From positions 64,001-128,000 of the forward strand of contig CBDDCK010000004.1 of the NCBI GenBank assembly GCA_965225855.1: DNA of 64,000 nt, in the 5' to 3' direction. This document shows, piece after piece, positions 40,247-49,653 of this stretch (its first letter is position 1; each line of letters opens with the position of its first letter). The DNA comes from Spirochaetia bacterium (GTDB lineage Bacteria; Spirochaetota; Spirochaetia; SP-2023). A model generated the notes under the pieces. That model was not told the origin of the DNA and searched no databases. It saw only the letters and a list, made by a program, of their open reading frames with translations. The position numbers and the translations under genes are program-made.

Positions 40247-41131
40247 ATGAAAGTATCGCAAGAGCGCTCTTTTTCAGCCCACAGTACCGCACCATACCAT
40301 GGAAATTCTCTGCAAGAGCAAAACCAGACAAAACAGCCCTTTTTCGATACCCCTAATATAGCTGAGTCATTGAATGATTATGATTCCACGTTATCTAATT
40401 CGGCAGAATATGATGAGCTTGCGAGAGACTACGATTCTTTTCAAAACCAACAAATTGGACAAGATAGAGGTTGTTATCAAGTTGTTATCGTTTTTCTGTT
40501 ATTGCTGATGTCGCTTCTGATTATGGCTATTGTTTATCAATTATTTTTTCGCCCCCGGCCTACTACACCAAAAATACTCGGTATAGAAACAAAAGCGCTC
40601 GAAGAATCATCGGCAATACCAGCTAAAGGAGATATGGAGCAAGAAAAACGAGAGCTAAAATTAGAATCCGAAGGGATAGCACAAAGTAAAGAACAAACAG
40701 AGCAAAAACAGCCTGTAGAGCAAACAACAAGAAAAAATTTAGATACGCTTTCCAAGTCATCGCCGATAAGCAGCATAACGCCCAGAGGCGAAGAAATACG
40801 CCCTGTGTCTAATTCTAAAACCTTTGTTTCTACAAAGAAAAAGCTTCCAGACAATAATGAACAATTATTGCTGAGTAAAATTGGTGGTATCGGCTATTGG
40901 ATACAAGTTGGGGCGTTTTCTTCTTTAAAAAATGCCAATAAAACGAAACAGCTGCTGACCCAAAATTATTTAGAGTCTGTCATTCAAGAAAGCAAAAATG
41001 AGACTAGAAAAATTTACCGAGTTCGTGTAGGTTTATACACTAGCAAAGAAGAGGCTGAAAGAATACTACGCCAAGTAAAAAACATTGATAAAATTTTTGC
41101 GAAAAGCATTATCATTCATATAGAAGTATAA
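40247..41131 (+). CDS. Membrane-anchored SPOR-domain cell division protein
   Basis: One TM segment; YWIQVGAFSSLKNA...YRVRVGLY SPOR domain. Confidence 0.85.
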   Translation: MKVSQERSFSAHSTAPYHGNSLQEQNQTKQPFFDTPNIAESLNDYDSTLSNSAEYDELARDYDSFQNQQIGQDRGCYQVVIVFLLLLMSLLIMAIVYQLFFRPRPTTPKILGIETKALEESSAIPAKGDMEQEKRELKLESEGIAQSKEQTEQKQPVEQTTRKNLDTLSKSSPISSITPRGEEIRPVSNSKTFVSTKKKLPDNNEQLLLSKIGGIGYWIQVGAFSSLKNANKTKQLLTQNYLESVIQESKNETRKIYRVRVGLYTSKEEAERILRQVKNIDKIFAKSIIIHIEV

Positions 41132-41188
41132 TCTATTATTTAAGTTTTTGCTAGGAGAGAGGATCACTCAAGTCTGAGAAGGTATATC

Positions 41189-43120
41189 ATGAGAAATTCA
41201 AACATAAAGATTTTTACAATGTTTATTTATTTATTGCTGGTAATTTTAATCATTGGCTCTGTCAGTTTTTTAGTTGTTCAGAGGGTGCAAGTAGCCAAAC
41301 AAGCGCAAGCCTATGCAGAGCAAATTGTTGATCGTATCAATAACAGCTATGTAGCAAATGGCAGCTTTACGGTTAATACTTTTACTCGAGACATCAAAGA
41401 TGCGATGCAATCTTTTAGTGATTTGATTAAAGTTATCACTATAGTTGATAGTGAAGATATAATGCAAAATCGCTTTCGTCTGGATAGCATTGACCCCGAG
41501 CAAGACAACAATCCCAATTGGCAAAATGAATTAGAATATAGCTATAATCCATTTCTCTACGAAGAGAAAAGTTACCCTTTATATCTTCCGGGCCAGGTAA
41601 ATGCCAACATCAATATATTGTATCAGCGTTTGCCAATTCAGTTGATTAAAGATGTGTTACAATTTGATACGATTGTAATTCTTGCCCTGCTAATTTTAAG
41701 TTTTCTGACCTTCCTCTTTATCCCCAAGCGCGATCCAGCCGAAACAGCTTGGGCTTTAAAGTCTGTTAATGAAGAAGATGAGCTATATCATGAAATAGAC
41801 AATATCATTGAAGAAAATGATATACAGCAAATAATTGGGGAAAAAACAGATAAAGAGCAAAAACAGTTAGGCGAACAAGATGAACTACCAGAATCTTGGC
41901 ATTCCCATGATTTACCGGAAAACAGCTGGGGCGAAGAAAGTGAAGAAAAAAATGCAAAAACAGTAGAGCCTGAGGAAGATGAATTTGCTCACCTTCTTGG
42001 TTCCAATCAGCTCAATAGCGATATTGTCCATATAGAATCGAATGATGATCGCTGGGGAGATCAAGATAGTGAAAAAACCTCGAAAGATATAGATACCTTC
42101 TTAGAAAATGAGAAAGTAGACCTAAGTTTTAATGATGATTCTATTGCTGAACAAGAGATACAGCAAAGTTCTATCCAAGATATTGATGACTATATTGCTT
42201 CTCAACCTGCACTGCCTGATGAGTTTGTAGAAAAGGAAGCAGAAGAGTTTGATATTCCAAGTGCAGAAAACACAGAAGCAATAACCACTGAAGAAGAGCA
42301 TGAATTAGGCGATTTGTTAGACAATGAATTTCCAGACCTTGAGACCAGCAGTTTTCTGGGGCTAAATGATGAGTTTGTCAATGTGGACAGAATGGAAGCA
42401 ACCGAAAATGAGCAAGAATTTGAGGAATTAGATTTTGGTGATGAATTAGTCGATGATTTAGATGAAGGCTTAGGTGATGACGCGCTAGAAGCTATCGAAG
42501 ATCAGCTTGATGCAAATATATTCTCTCAATTGATGGCTGCGGAATCTGTAGCAGCAACAGAACTGGCTGAAGAAAATGCAGATGATATGGAAATTATAGA
42601 AGATACCGCAAGTCCAGAGCAAACAGACGAACCACTAAATGATGAAGATACACCTCAACCTATGACAGAAGAGCGCAGGCAAGAAGTTTTATCTTGGCTA
42701 GAGAATTTTCTTGAGGATCAAAAAGCAAACTTCGCAGAGAATGATACGCCTGAGCTTTCGGTGGCTTTATTGGAAACCGACAAAACTGATGTTGAAATTG
42801 TGCGGGCTTCACTCGAACAAGATTTAGCCTTGAAAGCATCGATATTACCCAATGATAATGGTATGTCGATTGTTCTTCCCTGTAAAAATATTCAATATGG
42901 TATTGAAGAACTACAAAATGCAGCCGGTAGATTGCCATTTTCTTATCTCAAAAATCTAAAGATGGGAATCACAGGAGTTAGTGCAGTCCGTAGTAATGTA
43001 GAGCCAGCAATAGTTTTAGCCGAAATGGAATATGCTTTAGCGAACAGCGATCAAGATAATAATATCAGCATCTTTGATGCTAACGATCAAGTTTTCAATC
43101 AACAATTTGAAAATGTTTAA
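41189..43120 (+). CDS. Hypothetical two-TM membrane protein with long acidic cytoplasmic region
   Basis: Two TM helices flanking a periplasmic segment; acidic linker; C-terminus loosely resembles a degenerate GGDEF fold. Confidence 0.6.
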   Translation: MRNSNIKIFTMFIYLLLVILIIGSVSFLVVQRVQVAKQAQAYAEQIVDRINNSYVANGSFTVNTFTRDIKDAMQSFSDLIKVITIVDSEDIMQNRFRLDSIDPEQDNNPNWQNELEYSYNPFLYEEKSYPLYLPGQVNANINILYQRLPIQLIKDVLQFDTIVILALLILSFLTFLFIPKRDPAETAWALKSVNEEDELYHEIDNIIEENDIQQIIGEKTDKEQKQLGEQDELPESWHSHDLPENSWGEESEEKNAKTVEPEEDEFAHLLGSNQLNSDIVHIESNDDRWGDQDSEKTSKDIDTFLENEKVDLSFNDDSIAEQEIQQSSIQDIDDYIASQPALPDEFVEKEAEEFDIPSAENTEAITTEEEHELGDLLDNEFPDLETSSFLGLNDEFVNVDRMEATENEQEFEELDFGDELVDDLDEGLGDDALEAIEDQLDANIFSQLMAAESVAATELAEENADDMEIIEDTASPEQTDEPLNDEDTPQPMTEERRQEVLSWLENFLEDQKANFAENDTPELSVALLETDKTDVEIVRASLEQDLALKASILPNDNGMSIVLPCKNIQYGIEELQNAAGRLPFSYLKNLKMGITGVSAVRSNVEPAIVLAEMEYALANSDQDNNISIFDANDQVFNQQFENV

Positions 43121-43122
43121 CA

Positions 43123-43290
43123 AAATATTTGCCTGAATGCGAATATAACTTTTCCAACAAATACCCTTATGAAGATTTATTGGACGGTAAAAAACTCAAT
43201 TTTAACTGGAATCAAGAAGTACCAATGAAATTACGTTCTTTAATAGAGGCTATGCTCAACAGTGATTATAAAGAATGTCCTAATACTTAA
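43123..43290 (+). pseudogene. Possible Ser/Thr protein kinase C-lobe remnant
   Basis: KYPYEDLLDGKKLNFNWNQEVPMKLRSLIEAMLNSDYKECP* resembles subdomains X-XI (L..LI..ML..DP..RP) with R to C. Confidence 0.4.
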
Positions 43291-43565
43291 TGATAAGTGA
43301 TGCATTTGCTTATGCGTGTTATGCGTGCGGTGAAAAACTAATTTCTTTAGGCAAAAAAGAATTTAAAAGAATTTGTAAGGGAATTAAATGTATTGATAGC
43401 CGAAATTTATTTAAACGATTTTTTGTAAAAGATTCATCTAACTGTTATGTACTTACTGCTGATTCCCCTACCAAGTTTGAGCTTAGCAAGATATTAAGAG
43501 ACTGGGATATTGATAATGAACAATTAAACACTATAAAAAAAATTAATGACGTAAAACTCGATTAA
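43290..43565 (+). CDS. Small hypothetical protein or gene fragment in AT-rich patch
   Basis: 91-aa ORF; TAATG overlap with upstream remnant. Confidence 0.35.
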   Translation: MISDAFAYACYACGEKLISLGKKEFKRICKGIKCIDSRNLFKRFFVKDSSNCYVLTADSPTKFELSKILRDWDIDNEQLNTIKKINDVKLD

Positions 43566-43918
43566 ACAAGATAATATAGAAATAAAATTTAAAGAATTTT
43601 GATACGATCGGAATGTTTTTTTGAAGACGATAAACTTAGCCCTAAGGTTGACACAAGCTCCCTAAAAGGAAATTTAACAAAAGACAAATCAAATAGAAAA
43701 AAATACAATCTAAATGGTTTTTACGAAAATTCATAGGTTGTCAGACTTTTTCAAAATCATCCCCCGTTTTTAGCAAGTCTTTTTGAATCCAATAATAATT
43801 AAAATAGTGAAATTGGCTGCTGGGATATTGAGTTGAGGGCTTGCCAAACTGTTGAGGAGGAAAGCCTGACACAACCCTTTGATTTTTTCAGCTTGCCTTT
43901 TTCGCTAAAAAGCAATGA

Positions 43919-44806
43919 TCACAAAATGATTTCAGCATGGCGGGCAGCGTGGCACTGCAAGTTCACCGCTACAGGTAATGAAGCAATATGGCACGGTGCC
44001 ACATTGACTTTTACGCCAATAGCACTAGTTTGGCCTCCCAAGCCCATAGGGCCAACGCCACAATTGAGAATCTGCTGTAATAAACTATCTTCCAGCTCTG
44101 CAGCTATCCGATCCTTGCTGTGGTCATTGAGTGGGCGCAGCAAAGCTTGTTTTGCCAACTCGGCACAACGTTCAAAATTCCCACCGATGCCAACCCCAAC
44201 AATTAAAGGCGGGCAAGGTTTTCCACCACCTTGCGTTACCGTTTTCAAGACATATCGGCATATATCCTCACTACTTGCCGATGGTGAAAACATTTTCAAT
44301 CGGCTCATATTCTCGCTGCCGGCCCCTTTGGGTGCTAGCATAATATGGACTTTATCACCCGCAATTATTTCAGTATGGAACACCGCAGGGGTATTGTCCC
44401 CTGTATTGACGCGAGCAAGCGGATGCTTAACTACAGATTTACGCAAAAAACCTTTGCTATATCCAGAGCGAATACCATTATGGATTGCTTCATAAGGGTC
44501 TGAAAGAAAATGCACGTTGCGACCGATTTTTAAATAAACCACTTGCAACCCTGTGTCCTGACATAAGGGGATACGCTCTTCTTGAGCCAATGCGCTGTTA
44601 TCTAGAATTTGTTGTAAAATTTCTTTGGCTAGAGCTGATGTTTCCTGTTTTAAGCCAGCCTCCAAATTGCTTTGCACTTCCTTGGGTAATTCGATACAAG
44701 CATGTTGTACAGCTTCTTCTACAGCATCTTCTAATAACTTGCAGTCAAAAAAACGTATATCTGGTCTAGTAGTTTTGCTCGAAATATCTATATTTTGTAA
44801 TGGCAT
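43919..44806 (-). CDS. Fe-S hydro-lyase, fumarate hydratase/tartrate dehydratase alpha subunit
   Basis: PLCQDTG, LRKSVV, NTGDNTPA, KGAGSEN, CPP..GVGIGG, GPMGLGG and CHAAR motifs; AGGAG RBS before ATG 44806. Confidence 0.93.
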   Translation of the reverse strand: MPLQNIDISSKTTRPDIRFFDCKLLEDAVEEAVQHACIELPKEVQSNLEAGLKQETSALAKEILQQILDNSALAQEERIPLCQDTGLQVVYLKIGRNVHFLSDPYEAIHNGIRSGYSKGFLRKSVVKHPLARVNTGDNTPAVFHTEIIAGDKVHIMLAPKGAGSENMSRLKMFSPSASSEDICRYVLKTVTQGGGKPCPPLIVGVGIGGNFERCAELAKQALLRPLNDHSKDRIAAELEDSLLQQILNCGVGPMGLGGQTSAIGVKVNVAPCHIASLPVAVNLQCHAARHAEIIL

Positions 44807-45154
44807 GTGGGCTCCTATAAAATAAAATTTTTGCTCATTATATAGCTCTCTTGAATACTGACCACCGTTAGCAAACCATAAATAAGGAAAGTAATACAAG
44901 TACCAACTAAAAAAATACTTTCCAATCCAGCTCCAATATTGCATGCAGACTATAAACAAATGAAATTTTGCATAATTTAAGATAAACCGCTAGGGACCTT
45001 GCTTGTACGATAGATATTCCTTAAGCTAGCCGCAATTATATTTTGGTGGCGACTGTGAAGACCTTGGCTTAACGAAGCCAAAAGATTTTGGAGTTTTCTT
45101 AACAAAAAATAATAAAACTTAAAATCACTTTCGTTTTTATTAAAGGTTGTATGA

Positions 45155-45703
45155 ATGGGAGATATGAGAGGCACGACTATAGTCGGAGTAAAATATAATG
45201 GCATGGTGGCCTTAGCTGGAGATGGCCAAGTAACTTTTAGTGAATCCATTATGCTGAAAAGCAATGCTCGCAAAGTTCGGCAAATTGCAGGGGGCAAAGC
45301 ACTGTGCGGTTTTGCAGGTTCGACTGCAGATGCTTTTACCTTGGAAGAACGCTTTGAAGCCAAACTTAAAGAATTTAATGATTTGACCCGCGCTGCGGTA
45401 GAATTGGCACGCGAATGGCGTATGGACAAAGCTCTAAGAAATTTAGATGCTATGCTACTTTGCGCTGACCCCCAACGCATTCTGTTGATCTCGGGCCGCG
45501 GAGATGTGATAGAGCCAGAACACAACGTAATTGCTATTGGTTCTGGCGGAGGTTATGCTTTTGCCGCAGCACGTGGCCTTCTTTCGGCAACAGAACAAAA
45601 TAATAACAATATGGGCGCTGGAGAAATTGCGCGCAAAGCATTGGAAATTGCAGCAGATATTTGCGTTTTTACCAACCAGCATATTATTGTAGAAACTATT
45701 TAA
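45155..45703 (+). CDS. hslV: ATP-dependent protease subunit HslV
   Basis: [29 protein letters not shown] and DICVFTN motifs. Confidence 0.97.
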   Translation: MGDMRGTTIVGVKYNGMVALAGDGQVTFSESIMLKSNARKVRQIAGGKALCGFAGSTADAFTLEERFEAKLKEFNDLTRAAVELAREWRMDKALRNLDAMLLCADPQRILLISGRGDVIEPEHNVIAIGSGGGYAFAAARGLLSATEQNNNNMGAGEIARKALEIAADICVFTNQHIIVETI

Positions 45704-45735
45704 GTCTAAAAAAGACGGAATCTCAAGGAATTTTT

Positions 45736-47295
45736 ATGGCAAAGAACAGCAGAAAAAAAGAATTGAATATAGATGAGCTAACTCCGCAAGAATTAGTTCA
45801 AGAATTAGATCGCTATATTGTTGGCCAAGCTGCAGCCAAAAAAACAGTAGCAATTGCTTTGCGCAATCGAGTGCGCCGCAGCTTGTTGGACAAAGATTTG
45901 CAACGCGACATTACCCCAAAAAATATCATCATGATTGGCTCAACAGGGGTCGGGAAAACAGAAATTGCCCGTAGGCTATCGCAGTTATCTGGGGCCCCAT
46001 TTATTAAAGTGGAAGCCACAAAATACACCGAGGTTGGCTATGTTGGGCGCGATGTAGAATCTATGGTGCGGGACTTGATGAGGGCAGCGGTGAGCAGTGT
46101 TCGCAAGGAAATGCAAGAAGACGTTGATTCGTTGGCCCAATATTCTGCCGAAGAACAATTGTTGGATTTACTATTACCTAGCAATAACAAATCCAATAGT
46201 GCCAGTAATACGAAGACCGATGATGCAGAGCAAACTCACAGCCCAGAAAACCAAAGGAATCGCAAAAGTCGAGTAAACAAGGAAGAACAGGACAGTTTAT
46301 TTCCTGTTGAAGAAAATCAGATAGAAAAGAAAATAGCTGAGCCAGTTGTGCAAGAAGAGTCCAATAATCGCCCTGAACAAAAAGTGCGCGAAAAACTCCG
46401 CGATATGCTACACAGCGGCCAATTGGACGAGCGTATGGTCGAACTCCCAAACGAAAATGCCAGCCATGGCATGAATTTTGTCAGCAGTGCCAATGTAGAG
46501 ATTTTTACCAATATGCCAGAAGAGTTGGGCAATTTAGGTGAAAATCTACAAGAAGCGTTTAGCAATTTTATAGGACATAAACGCAATCGTTATCGGAAAG
46601 TGCCGGTCAAAAAAGCCCAAGAGATTTTGCTGCAAGAACATCGCGAAAAATTGGTTGATGAAGAAGCAGCAATAGATTTAGCCCGTAATCGTGTAGAAAA
46701 CCGCGGTATCATTTTTATTGATGAGATTGATAAAATTGCTGTGCGTGAAGGGCGTAGCCGAGGGGGTAGTGGCGAAGTTTCTCGCGAGGGCGTACAACGC
46801 GATATCCTGCCGATTGTGGAAGGTTCTCAAATCCGTACACGCTACGGTATGATAGATACAACTCATATTTTATTTATCGCTGCCGGTGCTTTTAATTTAA
46901 GCAAGCCATCGGATTTAATTCCCGAATTACAGGGCCGTTTCCCGTTGCGTGTCGAACTGGAATCCCTTACTGCCGAATCGCTCGAAGCTATTTTAAGCAC
47001 TCCAAAGAATTCACTAGTTTTTCAATATACCAAGCTTCTAGCAACAGAAAATGTAACTTTAAATTTTGAACCAAATGCATTGAAAAAAATTGCCAGCATC
47101 GCCTCGGAAGTCAACGCCAATACTGAAGACATCGGTGCTAGGCGGCTGCATACTGTATTAGAAACATTGCTCGAAGATATTTCATTTCATGCCAGTGATT
47201 GCGTTGGGCAAACAATAACCATTGATGAGGATTTTGTTAGCGATAAATTACGCGATATTGCAACTGATCAAGACCTATCACGCTATATTTTATAA
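45736..47295 (+). CDS. hslU: ATP-dependent protease ATPase subunit HslU
   Basis: GVGKTEIARRL, KYTEVGYVGRDVESM, FIDEIDK, VQRDILP, ELQGRFP and IGARRL motifs. Confidence 0.97.
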   Translation: MAKNSRKKELNIDELTPQELVQELDRYIVGQAAAKKTVAIALRNRVRRSLLDKDLQRDITPKNIIMIGSTGVGKTEIARRLSQLSGAPFIKVEATKYTEVGYVGRDVESMVRDLMRAAVSSVRKEMQEDVDSLAQYSAEEQLLDLLLPSNNKSNSASNTKTDDAEQTHSPENQRNRKSRVNKEEQDSLFPVEENQIEKKIAEPVVQEESNNRPEQKVREKLRDMLHSGQLDERMVELPNENASHGMNFVSSANVEIFTNMPEELGNLGENLQEAFSNFIGHKRNRYRKVPVKKAQEILLQEHREKLVDEEAAIDLARNRVENRGIIFIDEIDKIAVREGRSRGGSGEVSREGVQRDILPIVEGSQIRTRYGMIDTTHILFIAAGAFNLSKPSDLIPELQGRFPLRVELESLTAESLEAILSTPKNSLVFQYTKLLATENVTLNFEPNALKKIASIASEVNANTEDIGARRLHTVLETLLEDISFHASDCVGQTITIDEDFVSDKLRDIATDQDLSRYIL

Positions 47296-47303
47296 TTCCA
47301 ATC

Positions 47304-47340
47304 AAGAGCGGCTGGAATCGCTTCGTATTCAGTCGCTCTT
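47304..47340. terminator. Hairpin between convergent hslU and bioB
   Basis: AAGAGCGGCTGGA...TTCAGTCGCTCTT inverted repeat with G-U pairs. Confidence 0.6.
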
Positions 47341-47344
47341 GATT

Positions 47345-48328
47345 TTATTGTGCTTGCGGATACATTCCCAATTTTTCCAATAATACTTTATCGCTATTGG
47401 TATTTTGATTATCCGTAGTGAGCAATTTATCCCCATAAAAAATAGAGTTTGCTCCAGCGTAAAAGCAAAGGGCCTGCATTTCTTCCGACATACGGGTGCG
47501 CCCTGCGGATAAGCGAATACGGGAAGCTGGCATCATAATTTTCGCTACGGCAATCGTGCGAATAAAATCAAAAGGATCGACACGAGCTTCTAAATTTAGA
47601 GCACTGGGGGTGCCTTCTACAGGGACTAACATATTGATCGGCACGGATTGTGGATGAGGTTCTAAAGCAGCTAAAGTACAGAGCATAGATGCTCTATCAG
47701 CTACTTTTTCACCCAAGCCAATAATTCCGCCGGTGCATACTTTTACCTCATGTTTTTGCAAACCCTTTAAGGTTTCAATGCGATCTTCATAACAACGGGT
47801 ACTCACGACTTTACTATAATATTCTTTAGACGTATCGACATTATGGTTGTAGTAATCCAAGCCAGCTTCTTTGAGCTCCTTTATTTGGGATTCGCTAAGC
47901 ATTCCCAACGTCATACAAGTTTCCAAACCTAATTCTTTCACACTACGCAAAATTTCGATCAATCGAGGCATATCGCTGTCATCAGGGCTGCGCCAAGCGG
48001 CACCCATACAAAAACGTCCGGCTCCTTGTTCTTTAGCTATTTTGGCCGCTTTTCTCACAGCTCCCACATCGAGTAGACCACTTTCTTCCACTCCACCACT
48101 GTGGTGAGAGCTTTGCGAACAGTAGCTACAATCTTCACTGCAACCACCACTTTTAATATTTAACAAAGTCGAAAGTTGTATTTCGTTGGGGTCAAAAAAT
48201 TGGCAATGCAGTGAATGCGCCCAATGGAGCAATTCCATAAAAGGCCTCTCAAACAAAGCATGGGCTTCGTCTTTGCTCCAATCATAGCGCAGGGTGTCTT
48301 CTATCAAGTTTTCTGCAACATCAATCAT
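47345..48328 (-). CDS. bioB: Biotin synthase
   Basis: CSEDCSYCSQS radical SAM motif; RFCMGAAWR, YYNHNVDT, SVPIN, RLSAGR and NSIFYGDKLLT. Confidence 0.97.
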   Translation of the reverse strand: MIDVAENLIEDTLRYDWSKDEAHALFERPFMELLHWAHSLHCQFFDPNEIQLSTLLNIKSGGCSEDCSYCSQSSHHSGGVEESGLLDVGAVRKAAKIAKEQGAGRFCMGAAWRSPDDSDMPRLIEILRSVKELGLETCMTLGMLSESQIKELKEAGLDYYNHNVDTSKEYYSKVVSTRCYEDRIETLKGLQKHEVKVCTGGIIGLGEKVADRASMLCTLAALEPHPQSVPINMLVPVEGTPSALNLEARVDPFDFIRTIAVAKIMMPASRIRLSAGRTRMSEEMQALCFYAGANSIFYGDKLLTTDNQNTNSDKVLLEKLGMYPQAQ

Positions 48329-48897
48329 AGCTATCTCCTGTTTTTTGGTTTGATATTAGCCCATTGTGCGTTGGTACAAAACAGACCAATCAAAATGGAC
48401 ATGGTTAGGGTGGTTAGATGGAAGGCAATTCGCCTAACGATAAAGTCTTTCAAGGCAAGATAAACTTCTGCGTTATTATCAAAAAAAATAATGCTTATGC
48501 AATATCCATCGACAGATAAACACAGATTTTCGTAAGTATCACAAAAATCGCTCCAAGCTGATTACCAAACTTAATAAAAGAATCACATTCCTTCACAGTC
48601 AAGATCACGAATTTCTTTGTAAAGAAAACGGCCTTTACCGAGCATACTGTGAAGAATCAAAATCATTGGAACGCTACTTTTTGCCTTGGTTCCATAAACA
48701 AACCAACATACATTCTGCAAAGAGTAAAAATATTTTTACACTACAACGCCCCCGTATTGTACTGACAAACAAAGCATGTGTCTGTAGTTTGCTCTGCGGT
48801 AAGTGCTAGATTTGACTATTTCTTTCAGCGTTATTCGCTGTGTATCTCTATATTACAAGTTCTGTAGTATGCTATGGCTTTACGGTTTCACACCAGT

Positions 48898-49341
48898 TTA
48901 TTTGTTATGCAGTTTAGATGAATGGCAAACTATCTCTTTTAGCAACACGGCTGGCGGAGCAAGTAAGTTTCCCTTAGGTTTCCCTTCTTCAAACTCAACT
49001 TTTGAAGACTCTAAACACCAAGAAATAAAGTCCGGCAACTCAAATAACTTATAGTAAGGCAAACCAGTGACGGCAAACAGCCCCTCTTGCTTACTGCCTA
49101 AAAACCAAAGATGCTGTAATTTTTGCTGAACTTGGTTATTTAATCCGGCTAAAAAATCGCTAGCAAATCGCTCTTGGTGGGTAAACCCATAACTACAAAA
49201 TTGCTGGTAATAAAGTGGCGTTATGAAGTCTTTGCTAAACTCTTCCCAAAAGACCTTTCAAGCAGAAACATTCATTTGCTCCCTAAATTCAGCAAATTTT
49301 ACTAAATTCTCCCGTGTAATTGAACGCTTTTCCATGAACAT
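48898..49341 (-). pseudogene. Hypothetical gene interrupted by an in-frame TGA
   Basis: ATG 49341, MFMEKRSITRENLVKFAEFREQMNVSA*KVFWEEF..., open for 147 codons except TGA at 49258-49260; further broken coding-like sequence toward 48440. Confidence 0.45.
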
Positions 49342-49653
49342 GACTCTTCTACTCGCACTCTAATATAAATGAACTATAAAGCAAAGCCATCTATTCTAGC
49401 CTGCTAAAATAAAATGGATAATCAAAAACCATCTACAAGTTAGACCCGACTATAACACAGAACAAACTAAATGATCGTTGATATTTTAATTGTATTTAAC
49501 CTATACACATATCAGTTATCGGTGATACACAACCCAATTTAAACTATATTTACTCTGAATATCGGCGATAATTTTTCAAATTGCTATTGAGTATAACACA
49601 ACATTCTTTTTGAAGCCTCAATCAAAAGAAATCGATCTTTAAGATGCCTATAT

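Noticed and set aside
44977..45525. Antisense ORFs over hslV, fumarase alpha, sodB, recA and others
   Set aside because: Fully overlap well-supported genes on the opposite strand and lack motifs
48330..48430. BirA operator upstream of bioB
   Set aside because: No TGTAAACC-N14/16-GGTTTACA-like palindrome visible
49258..49260. TGA read as Trp (genetic code 4)
   Set aside because: Conserved genes such as pheS and pdxT end at TGA at their expected C-termini, and Trp is encoded by TGG throughout
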